Notes under the pieces: model-generated
Told to the model about the DNA's origin: nothing
The model's database searches: none
Seen by the model: only the letters and a program-made list of their open reading frames with translations
Source: an archaeon
GTDB taxonomy: Archaea > Asgardarchaeota > Thorarchaeia > Thorarchaeales > Thorarchaeaceae
Assembly (NCBI GenBank): GCA_024275415.1
Contig: JAJRZD010000014.1
Span: 30,001 to 62,000, forward strand
DNA: 32,000 nt
Direction of reading: 5' to 3'
Made by a program: the position numbers and the translations under genes
Shown here: one piece after another, positions 17,758-25,631 of the stretch
Layout: each line of letters starts with the position of its first letter
Numbering within the stretch: position 1 is the stretch's first letter

Positions 17758-18648
17758 TCAATCGATGAAAGAAGATACGATTTTTTCGGCGATATCAAAC
17801 TCAGTGACCTTTTGTAACCCTGTCCAACCCGGTGTTGCATTTACTTCGATGACCCAGATATTCCCATTGTTATCAGGTATGAGGTCAACTCCTACAATTC
17901 TTCCTTTTACAGACGATGCGGCTCGTATTGCTAGGTCGTCGACATCGATGTTGTTCTTCTTGGGTGTTCCTCCTGCATGGATGTTATGGAGTATCCCTTC
18001 ACCTCCTACTCTCTGCATGGTGGATATTACTTCGCCATCCAGTACTAGAGCCCTGATGTCATACCCTGGGTTATCAACGTATTCTTGAAGCAGATATGCC
18101 CCTTTCCCGAAGATCTGGCTGTGGAATTTCAAATAGTCATAGACATGATCAAGATCGAACTGCCTGTTTATCAGCTGGACGCCTTCGCCTCCAAATCCCG
18201 TGATTGGCTTCAAGACACAGGGGAAGTTTTGACGAATGAATTCTGCAGCATCACCGATGGACTCCGTAATAAGCGTCTTTGGGACTGGTAGACCTGCTGA
18301 AATAAGCTTCCTCATCGTTTCTGCTTTGTTCCTCATCTGAAGTATCGAGTTCAAGGAATTGACAATCTCAATGCCCATCTCTGTCATAGCTGAGAGCAAC
18401 CCGACCCTGTTGAAGAAGGCTCCAATATCATTTGCTCCAAGATCCATGACCAACAGCATATCCAGCTGCGAGAGGTCTTTCCCCTCTATCGAGATTCTAT
18501 GGTAGCTTGTGAACCCCTCTCGTGATACCTTCCATGGAATTACTCTTGTCACATCAACACGATGTTTCGAGAATTCCGCTGCAAGTTTGTCCATCCTATT
18601 GGACCAAGGGTCTGATGAGAAAATTCCCACGTGAGATAGCTTCTTCAT
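17758..18648 (-). CDS. RimK-family ATP-grasp ligase (MptN/CofF/LysX-like; substrate not assignable)
   Basis: VNSLNSILQMRNK, PVPKTLI, VLKPITGFGGEGV, LLQEYV, DIRALV, NIHAGG, VGVDLI, VIEVNATPG. Confidence 0.88.
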   Translation of the reverse strand: MKKLSHVGIFSSDPWSNRMDKLAAEFSKHRVDVTRVIPWKVSREGFTSYHRISIEGKDLSQLDMLLVMDLGANDIGAFFNRVGLLSAMTEMGIEIVNSLNSILQMRNKAETMRKLISAGLPVPKTLITESIGDAAEFIRQNFPCVLKPITGFGGEGVQLINRQFDLDHVYDYLKFHSQIFGKGAYLLQEYVDNPGYDIRALVLDGEVISTMQRVGGEGILHNIHAGGTPKKNNIDVDDLAIRAASSVKGRIVGVDLIPDNNGNIWVIEVNATPGWTGLQKVTEFDIAEKIVSSFID

Positions 18649-18708
18649 CGCACGACTACTCAGGTCAATATATGCTCAGTTGCTTTTATCCATAACGAGT
18701 GCCTTTTA

Positions 18709-19128
18709 TTGACCCGAATCCCTTGCAAGATGTTGACGATGACGCTCTTCACTGACAACGAGGTTGATGAGATACGTGAAACTCTCTCTAATGCGAAAGA
18801 AAACGTAATGATTACCTTTAGACATCGGTTCGGGCCCACTGAGCTAAAGAACGAATGGGAGTCGCTTCTTCTGACATTGGGTATCCGTGCTCACTGTGTA
18901 AGCTGGTGGTCAGGGTCGAGTTCTGTTGGACTGCTTGAATGTGAATCTTCAGAGGGCGTCAGTGTTTACGGACAGTGGGTCCTCGCGGACTCTAACCAAT
19001 TGTTAGGCGTATTTGAGATTGCAAATGAGGAGCTGGTGGACATCCGCAATGGGTATGATGCTCAAAGCGTGACCGACCCTGCTATGAGGGCAATCAGAAT
19101 TGGGGAGAGCGGTGGTGAACTCGAGTAG
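18709..19128 (+). CDS. Hypothetical protein
   Basis: Open frame filling the gap between the RimK-like gene and the glmS stop; start uncertain (TTG 18709 or downstream ATGs); no family recognised. Confidence 0.55.
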   Translation: MTRIPCKMLTMTLFTDNEVDEIRETLSNAKENVMITFRHRFGPTELKNEWESLLLTLGIRAHCVSWWSGSSSVGLLECESSEGVSVYGQWVLADSNQLLGVFEIANEELVDIRNGYDAQSVTDPAMRAIRIGESGGELE

Positions 19129-19133
19129 GAGTT

Positions 19134-20966
19134 TCAATCCACTGTGAGCGTCTTCGAAAGGTTCCTTGGCAGGTCTGGGTTGATTCCCTTGTCAACAGAT
19201 AGGTAATAGCTCAGCAACTGAAGCGGAATCACGTCGACCAGTGGATTCAGGAGGACATTGGACTTTGGCACTTCTAGGTAATCAAACTTACCTTGGACAT
19301 ATGGTTGCAGCTTGTCTTCTTTTTCGCCAACGACGATTGTCCTTCCCCCTCTACATGCGACCTCATTGATATGATTGATTACCATCCATGAATCTTCAGT
19401 GGTTGTCACGAATATCACAGGATAGTCCTCAGTCACAATGCTGAGGGGTCCGTGTTTAAACTCAGAGCTGTACATTCCTTCGCAATGGTTGTAACAGATT
19501 TCCTTTATCTTCAGAGCTCCCTCACGTGCCACTCCATCTGTAAAACCGTATCCCAAGCAGTACAAATCGGGAGCGTCCATTAAGGTTGTTGCTAGATTCT
19601 TGGCAAGAATACCCGTCTTGTCAATCGTCTGTTGTGCAAGATATGGCAATTGCTCTTTCAACATCTTGATGACTGATTTCGCCTCGCTGGGATCAAGATT
19701 TCCATTGCGTTCTCCCAGTTTTGTTGCAAGGTATGCAAATATAATCGTCTGAGAGAAATACGTCTTGGTTGCAGGCACACTGACTTCGTAACCACATGCC
19801 ATTGGGATGAACGAGTTGGCATTGAACATCAGGGTGCTGCCTATCACGTTCAGGATGCCCAGCGTCTTTCCACGACCCGTTTCTTGCACATGATTGAGCA
19901 CATTGAGAATGTCCTTCGTTTCTCCGCTCTGGGATACTAATATGCACAGACTTTCCTCGGTGAGGGTGTTGGCATACATTGACCCGAACTGTCCGCCTAA
20001 TGTGGGAATCAAAGGAACTCCAGCCAGCTTGTTGAAGTAATACGTCCCCACAATTCCTGCATTATAGGATGAACCGCATGCCACCAGATAGTGCTTTTCT
20101 GCGTCTTCAAGGAGCCTGAGCCAGTCCTCTGATTTCGCGTCTTGCAAGACTCCTAAGACATCTCTGGCAACCTGTGGCTGCTCACTTATCTCCTTCAACA
20201 TGAAATGAGGATAGCCGCCTTTTTCTGCTGCATGAGCATCAACATTCGAAACTTCTGGCTTTCTATCAAGAAGCTTTCCGTCTTCTACCCTGTACACCTT
20301 TATACTGTCGGGAGTGAGTACGATCATCTCTCCGTCTTGGAGATATATCACCCGATTTGTGAGAGGAAGGATTGACGGGAGATCACTGGACACGATCGTA
20401 TCTGTATCAGCGACACCCGCAACGAGCGAGGAACCCATCTTTACTGCGTATATCTCAGGTTCGTCTGCCCTTCCCACTGCATAGGCAAATGCACCTTTCA
20501 GGTCACGCGTTGACTTTCGCACCGCCTCGAACATGTTTCCTGTTTCTTCATAATATTTGTCAACAGCATGTACACATAGCTCGCCATCGTTTTCAGACCG
20601 CACGATGTGACCGGTTTCAATGAGATGTTCTCTGTATTCGTAATAGTTGTGGAGATTGCCGTTGTGTGCACCGAAGAAAACCTCCGTACAACCAAAGTGG
20701 GGCTGGGCATTTATCCGAGTCGGAGCCCCATATGTTGCCCATCGCAGCTGTGCAATCCCCCGATCTCCTTTCATCTTCGATAGACCGAGCTGCTGGTCAA
20801 CCATGTCAATTGTCCCGACATCCTTCCTTAGATCCACAGTTCCATTATGGACGGCTGCAACGCCCACTGAGTCATATCCACGGTATGTCAGCTTGCTGCT
20901 GCATTCGACAAGGATCTTTCCAATGTCCGTTCGAACCCTACTAACTATGCCCGTAATCCCGCACAA
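19134..20966 (-). CDS. glmS: Glutamine-fructose-6-phosphate transaminase (isomerizing)
   Basis: TTG start after a GAGGT SD gives MCGI; YRGYDSVG, RWAT, HNG, SQSGET, EGALKIKEI, FKHGP, PRNLSKTLTVD. Confidence 0.93.
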   Translation of the reverse strand: MCGITGIVSRVRTDIGKILVECSSKLTYRGYDSVGVAAVHNGTVDLRKDVGTIDMVDQQLGLSKMKGDRGIAQLRWATYGAPTRINAQPHFGCTEVFFGAHNGNLHNYYEYREHLIETGHIVRSENDGELCVHAVDKYYEETGNMFEAVRKSTRDLKGAFAYAVGRADEPEIYAVKMGSSLVAGVADTDTIVSSDLPSILPLTNRVIYLQDGEMIVLTPDSIKVYRVEDGKLLDRKPEVSNVDAHAAEKGGYPHFMLKEISEQPQVARDVLGVLQDAKSEDWLRLLEDAEKHYLVACGSSYNAGIVGTYYFNKLAGVPLIPTLGGQFGSMYANTLTEESLCILVSQSGETKDILNVLNHVQETGRGKTLGILNVIGSTLMFNANSFIPMACGYEVSVPATKTYFSQTIIFAYLATKLGERNGNLDPSEAKSVIKMLKEQLPYLAQQTIDKTGILAKNLATTLMDAPDLYCLGYGFTDGVAREGALKIKEICYNHCEGMYSSEFKHGPLSIVTEDYPVIFVTTTEDSWMVINHINEVACRGGRTIVVGEKEDKLQPYVQGKFDYLEVPKSNVLLNPLVDVIPLQLLSYYLSVDKGINPDLPRNLSKTLTVD

Positions 20967-21123
20967 TGTCGTACCTCATTCCCATCTGTTACTACCATCA
21001 TCTGAATTTGATACTGTAATAAGAATTCTGCATGGTTCGTCCATTTCGCTTGCAATATCCCGCTATCCAAAGCTCTTTTATCGCCCAATTGTATCTCTCT
21101 TTCGCTATCAGGAGGATCTCAAC

Positions 21124-21813
21124 ATGGGCCGCCAGAAACGACTTGCACTTCTTCTGCATCCGTTCCGACGAGAACTCTATCAGGTCCTATGTGAGAATCC
21201 TGGAACATACCTGTTGGAGCTAGTTGATATTCTTGAGAGCCCCCTAGGGACGTTGACATGGCACCTCAGGATCCTTGAACGTGAGGTACTGGTGAAATCT
21301 CTTAAATTCGCAGGTAAGCGGATTTTCTATCCCAAGATGCTCCGCTCAGAAGAAGCCGAGATGGCCTACGTGACCATGAGGAGCGAAACAGCACAGAAGA
21401 TTTTTGCATTCATCGTGAATAATTCTGGATGCTATCAAGAGCAGATGGCTGAGAACCTTGGTGTGCATCATGATACGGTCAGGTGGCACATCTCAAGAAT
21501 GGAAGAGGTAGGTCTTGTTCGTGTCGAACGTGTTGGTCGAAAGAAGAAACATTATCTTGCAGAGCTCGGGCAGCACCTTCTTCAAGGCTCACTTAATACA
21601 ATCTCTGAGGCATATATCATGTTCATAATGGAAAAACTGGAGGAGGGCTGTCTTAATCCAGTGATACGTGAAAGAACTCCCGAGCAGATTCTTATCCGGA
21701 TAGATTGTCCAGATAAAGGAAAGGACTGCTATATCAGAGTGAACCTCAGAGAGTGGCAATTTGACTTTCTGGATGAGGACGATACGTTGGAAATTGATGA
21801 TAAAGACGACTAA
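21124..21813 (+). CDS. Double winged-HTH transcriptional regulator (ArsR-like/COG3398 type)
   Basis: From ATG 21124 after a GGAGG SD: HPFRRELYQVLCENPG...TLTWHLRILER and a second HTH, QKIFAFIVNNSG...TVRWHISRMEEVGLV. Confidence 0.8.
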   Translation: MGRQKRLALLLHPFRRELYQVLCENPGTYLLELVDILESPLGTLTWHLRILEREVLVKSLKFAGKRIFYPKMLRSEEAEMAYVTMRSETAQKIFAFIVNNSGCYQEQMAENLGVHHDTVRWHISRMEEVGLVRVERVGRKKKHYLAELGQHLLQGSLNTISEAYIMFIMEKLEEGCLNPVIRERTPEQILIRIDCPDKGKDCYIRVNLREWQFDFLDEDDTLEIDDKDD

Positions 21814-22535
21814 ATTCCAGCTTGGATTATCTCATTAATCCGTTTGCAGACGCTTTTGGAGTCTTCGTCTTTCACTATCACAACAAGCAACCGTTTCTCG
21901 TCAAGCTTTTGAATTATCATATCTATGTCTTCAGAACCAATGATGATACTGTCCGTTAGTTCTGAATATGTAAGCCCATTGGCAAATATTGATCCAATCA
22001 ACGCTGCAATTTCGATGTCATTCTTCAACCCTATAGAACTGATGGGCATTCCTTCGATGGTGAGCACCATTCCTTGATCCACTGTTGGGATTGCCTCGAC
22101 CACTCTGCCAAGAATTGTCCCTGACCCGAAGTCCTCAGCTGACCGCATAAGGATCTCGATTCGGGTCCCAATCGATTGGAGTTCCGTTATGATGGAGTAT
22201 ATCTCATCATCTTGCGAATCCGAGAAGACACAAACCAATTGGTATTGGTGCTGAAGCACTATGAGGACTGTTTCACTTCCCGCGTAATGAATCAGATGAG
22301 ATGGCTTAGGGCGTGAGATATTGCTCATTGTAGTGATGCTAGACCATACAAGCGCTGCAGAAACTGTGGACAGCACGGTTGGCTCTATCGTTTCCTCTCG
22401 TAAGACAGATGCGACCACTACCCCTTCTCTAGTGCTCAGAACGACACCTATCAATGCAGGATGTAGGTTCAAGGCGTTTTCCAAGAGATCAGCCACTTCT
22501 GCCAAGATGCTATCGCTCATCATCGTAACCTGCAT
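21810..22535 (-). CDS. Tandem Roadblock/LC7 domain protein
   Basis: Two repeats: LIGVVLSTREGVVVAS...LSTVSAAL and VDQGMVLTIEGMPISS...IAALIGSI, each followed by beta-rich LLVV segments. Confidence 0.75.
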   Translation of the reverse strand: MQVTMMSDSILAEVADLLENALNLHPALIGVVLSTREGVVVASVLREETIEPTVLSTVSAALVWSSITTMSNISRPKPSHLIHYAGSETVLIVLQHQYQLVCVFSDSQDDEIYSIITELQSIGTRIEILMRSAEDFGSGTILGRVVEAIPTVDQGMVLTIEGMPISSIGLKNDIEIAALIGSIFANGLTYSELTDSIIIGSEDIDMIIQKLDEKRLLVVIVKDEDSKSVCKRINEIIQAGI

Positions 22536-22623
22536 TATCCTTTTCCTCTCTAATATATTGCCCGTATTTATACATCACTCTACCGTTCCTGATTGAACGG
22601 AAACCGATACCAAAGCCAACAAG

Positions 22624-22630
22624 TTTAAAT
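22624..22630 (+). promoter_or_regulatory. Candidate TATA box for the BMP-family gene
   Basis: TTTAAAT preceded by purine-rich CAACAAG, about 45 nt upstream of the GTG start, which has a GGAGG SD. Confidence 0.4.
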
Positions 22631-22674
22631 CCGAGCCGTTGTGAGGAGGGGCCAATGACCATGGAGGAAGTAAA

Positions 22675-23790
22675 GTGAGCTCAAGGTCTAACTATGTGAT
22701 ATCTTTCGTTATTGTGGCCATTATCTTTGGCGGTGTGGGCGCAGCAATCTATGTTGCTGCTCCGTATGAGCCATCTCGAATCGCAGTGGTTATGATGGCC
22801 CCTGGTTTTGGCGATATGAGCAAAGCCGATACCATATATGCCGGAATGAAGATGGTTCTTGGAGATATAGCCGTACAGTACATAACTCCAGATCCTTTGC
22901 CCACTACCGTTTCAGAGGCGCAAGCTGATTTGGAAGGATACGCCTCTACTGAGAACTTTTATGATTTGATTGTCGCTGTGGGCGAAGATCTTGTATCTGC
23001 TCTGAGAACTGTGGCATCAAACTTCCCCGAACAAAAATTCGCAATGATTGGTGGGAATGTGAATCTTGATAATGTTGCATCAGCCACATTCGAGAGCCAA
23101 GAAGGTGCTTTTCTCGCAGGTGTGGTAGCCGCCTTCATGGCAAATGAACAACGTGATACGATTAACTCGCCCAATAATGCTCAGATTGGGATTCTTGGAG
23201 CAATGGACGATTCAGAAATCAACGTTCTGATCAATGGATTCATCCAAGGTGTGACAGCAGCAAATGAAACCTATAATCTGAATGTGACTCTTGCCGAACC
23301 TGAATACGTTGGCAGTTGGAATGACTCTGCTAGGGCTCAGATTCAGATTTCTTCGATGTTTATTACGCAGAAAATCTCCGTGATTTTTGCTCCTGTTCGA
23401 GCCAGCTATCCGGGTGTCCGACAAGGAATGATTGATGCAGAATCTCTCTTCACAGCACAGGAAGCAGGACGAATGCCCCTTGTGATTGCTGCAGAAGGCA
23501 ACCTTGATTGGTATGGAACTGCGAATCCTGACACCCCTGTCGATCCGAGCTGGATTACTACTAGCGCCCTCGATCGTACTGACTGGGCATTCTATGAGAT
23601 TGTCAATCTTACATTGTGGGATATGTTTCCAGGTGGTAATCTCTTCGAGTATGACATTGCAAACGGCGGGTCAAACATCACCACTTTCGAATACAGCTCA
23701 ACCTACATTCCTGACGAACTCATACTGGCTCTGGATTACTTCCGTGAACAAATTGGCAATGGAAACATTGTTGTGACTCGTGATCTCTAA
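22675..23790 (+). CDS. BMP-family (PnrA/TmpC-like) substrate-binding protein with N-terminal membrane anchor
   Basis: N-terminal TM (VISFVIVAIIFGGVGAAIYV); PGFGDMS, FPEQKFAMI, FESQEGAFLAGVVAA, IGILG, F.QGV, VGSWND motifs; several N-x-S/T sequons. Confidence 0.85.
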   Translation: MSSRSNYVISFVIVAIIFGGVGAAIYVAAPYEPSRIAVVMMAPGFGDMSKADTIYAGMKMVLGDIAVQYITPDPLPTTVSEAQADLEGYASTENFYDLIVAVGEDLVSALRTVASNFPEQKFAMIGGNVNLDNVASATFESQEGAFLAGVVAAFMANEQRDTINSPNNAQIGILGAMDDSEINVLINGFIQGVTAANETYNLNVTLAEPEYVGSWNDSARAQIQISSMFITQKISVIFAPVRASYPGVRQGMIDAESLFTAQEAGRMPLVIAAEGNLDWYGTANPDTPVDPSWITTSALDRTDWAFYEIVNLTLWDMFPGGNLFEYDIANGGSNITTFEYSSTYIPDELILALDYFREQIGNGNIVVTRDL

Positions 23791-23861
23791 CTTTCTCCGT
23801 GGGTATCCGAGTATTGAGGGGGCAGACACCCCCCTCCTCTAACTTTTTGGACGCTGTTAAT

Positions 23862-24476
23862 ATGGACGTATCACGAATAGTTGAACTATGTATGCAATCT
23901 GAAGTTTTGAAGCAGTTGGAACGAACAGGTTGGAGCATTGCCGGGGTTACAACCGGTCGGAAGGAGTCCATAGCAGAACATAGTTGGGGAGTTTCATTCA
24001 TCTCTTGGATGCTTAGCATGGAACAACTGCAGCAGGATGTATCATTTGATTTGTCTGTGGCCCTGGCCATGTCAATCTTACATGATCTCCCTGAATCCAT
24101 CATGTCTGATATTCCCCATTCTGCTGTTTCTCTAGGTGTTTCTGAACTGCAAGCAGGAAAGTCCAAGGCAGAACTAGCTGCAATGGATTTGATATTCACC
24201 CATTTTGAGTTCCTAGGAATTGAGGCAAAGTCTCTCCTCAATCGGTTACAGAAAGCAGAGTGTCAGGAAAGCCGTGTGGTTCTATCCGCTGACATTCTCG
24301 ATATGCTTATGCATGCATCACGACTGGAAATGAACGGAGTGAGTCCTATATTTCTTGAGCCTTTTTTCAAGATTGGTGTGAGAAGGATAACCGGATATGG
24401 CATTCCCTCGGCAGCCGAGATAGCATCATTTCTTAATGCTGAGCATGACAGGCGAAAAGATGGCATTATACTTTGA
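23862..24476 (+). CDS. HD-domain hydrolase, YfbR-like 5'-deoxynucleotidase family
   Basis: LERTGW, ESIAEHSWGV, ILHDLPES..SDIP, SADILDM. Start moved to ATG 23862. Confidence 0.85.
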   Translation: MDVSRIVELCMQSEVLKQLERTGWSIAGVTTGRKESIAEHSWGVSFISWMLSMEQLQQDVSFDLSVALAMSILHDLPESIMSDIPHSAVSLGVSELQAGKSKAELAAMDLIFTHFEFLGIEAKSLLNRLQKAECQESRVVLSADILDMLMHASRLEMNGVSPIFLEPFFKIGVRRITGYGIPSAAEIASFLNAEHDRRKDGIIL

Positions 24477-25080
24477 AGTGCTTTCTTGTTTCTGCTGCAA
24501 GTGTCCTTGCGACCCTAATGGGTTCTGGTACCCTTCCACTACAGGTGAACAAATTCACCAAGTCTTTAGCAGACCGAATGTCAATGTTTCTACAAACTAT
24601 GAACGCCTCATACCCTGAATCCAGCTTGAACTTCTCACGGTCGCCTATCCGCTTAATCATGTCCATCCTGCTTTTCCAATTGTCCGGAAAATACTCCTTC
24701 ACATATTGTTCTAATCCCAATGAAGGCTCATATGAAACGCAAATGACAGGTATCTCAGATTCGTGGGATAGCCGGTGAATGTCTACTGGGTTGAACCAGG
24801 ATATGATACACCCTCCCAACATCCAAGCGTGCAAGTCTTTCCGATTAATTGAACGGTACATCTCGAGCAACTTCTCTGTAGAATCCATCCCTCCTACAAG
24901 TGGATTACAGAATCCAAACCCATCAATCTTGAAATCGCCACGCATTATCACACCTGCAAGATAGCTATACCTGTTACTCTTTTCGAAGCTCTCTGCCACT
25001 CCCAAAACCCTTACCCCCTCTTTCCACTGTCTTCGAATTTGGTTTGTATCATCTTTTGGAAACGTAAAGGAGTCACCCAA
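24466..25080 (-). CDS. DUF99-family (endonuclease V-like) protein
   Basis: GVRVLGVAESF, AGVIMRGD..IDGF, VGGMDSTE, ISWFNPVD, RVPEPIRVA; TTG start. Confidence 0.85.
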   Translation of the reverse strand: MGDSFTFPKDDTNQIRRQWKEGVRVLGVAESFEKSNRYSYLAGVIMRGDFKIDGFGFCNPLVGGMDSTEKLLEMYRSINRKDLHAWMLGGCIISWFNPVDIHRLSHESEIPVICVSYEPSLGLEQYVKEYFPDNWKSRMDMIKRIGDREKFKLDSGYEAFIVCRNIDIRSAKDLVNLFTCSGRVPEPIRVARTLAAETRKHFKV

Positions 25081-25245
25081 ACATCAATACCTCCGAGAAC
25101 TAATGCCACTATCAGTCAATAGTCTTTTCACCATGAATTGCCGATACAATATGAGATGCTTGCTGACAGTGAAGCAACGTAAGTTTATTAATGCGCATCA
25201 CAACACACAATAACAGCAAGTGCGGAATTAGTGAGAGTATGAATT

Positions 25246-25629
25246 ATGTTTGATCCTGGGTTCGAAGAGCTACAGGGGAATATCCGAGAGATTATGGAAG
25301 AAGCTCTCGCGTTATCAACTGGTGTTCGCGCTTGGTTGTTATTATCGAAGGAAGGACTTCCTATCGCTTCTGCGGTTCCCCAAGGGCTGGAGGAAGCGGA
25401 GATTGCAGCCATGTCCGCTTCAATTCTGGGTGTTGCTGACCTGGCCGCTGAACGGTTGGAGCAAGGAACACTAGAGGAAATCCTGATCACTAATGAACAG
25501 GGTCTTATCATCATGAAAGGGGCCGGCGAGAAGGCAATTCTCGTCTTAGCAGCTCGAAAAGACATGAAAACAGGGTTGCTCGTCTATGCCGCAAAGACTG
25601 CTGTCGAGAAAATTGTCCCATTGCTTTGA
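25246..25629 (+). CDS. Roadblock/LC7 domain protein (MglB/LAMTOR-like)
   Basis: LLLSKEGLPIASA..QGLEEAEIAAMSASILGVADLAAERLEQGTLEEILIT.EQG.II...AGEKAILVLAA...GLL. Confidence 0.92.
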   Translation: MFDPGFEELQGNIREIMEEALALSTGVRAWLLLSKEGLPIASAVPQGLEEAEIAAMSASILGVADLAAERLEQGTLEEILITNEQGLIIMKGAGEKAILVLAARKDMKTGLLVYAAKTAVEKIVPLL

Positions 25630-25631
25630 TA

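Noticed and set aside
20647-21123. 159-aa N-terminal extension of the wHTH regulator
   Set aside because: It is antisense to glmS; a strong GGAGG SD supports ATG 21124.
20967-21123. glmS ribozyme upstream of glmS
   Set aside because: No recognisable conserved core or P1-P2 stems; the SD lies directly before TTG, and this ribozyme is known from bacteria.
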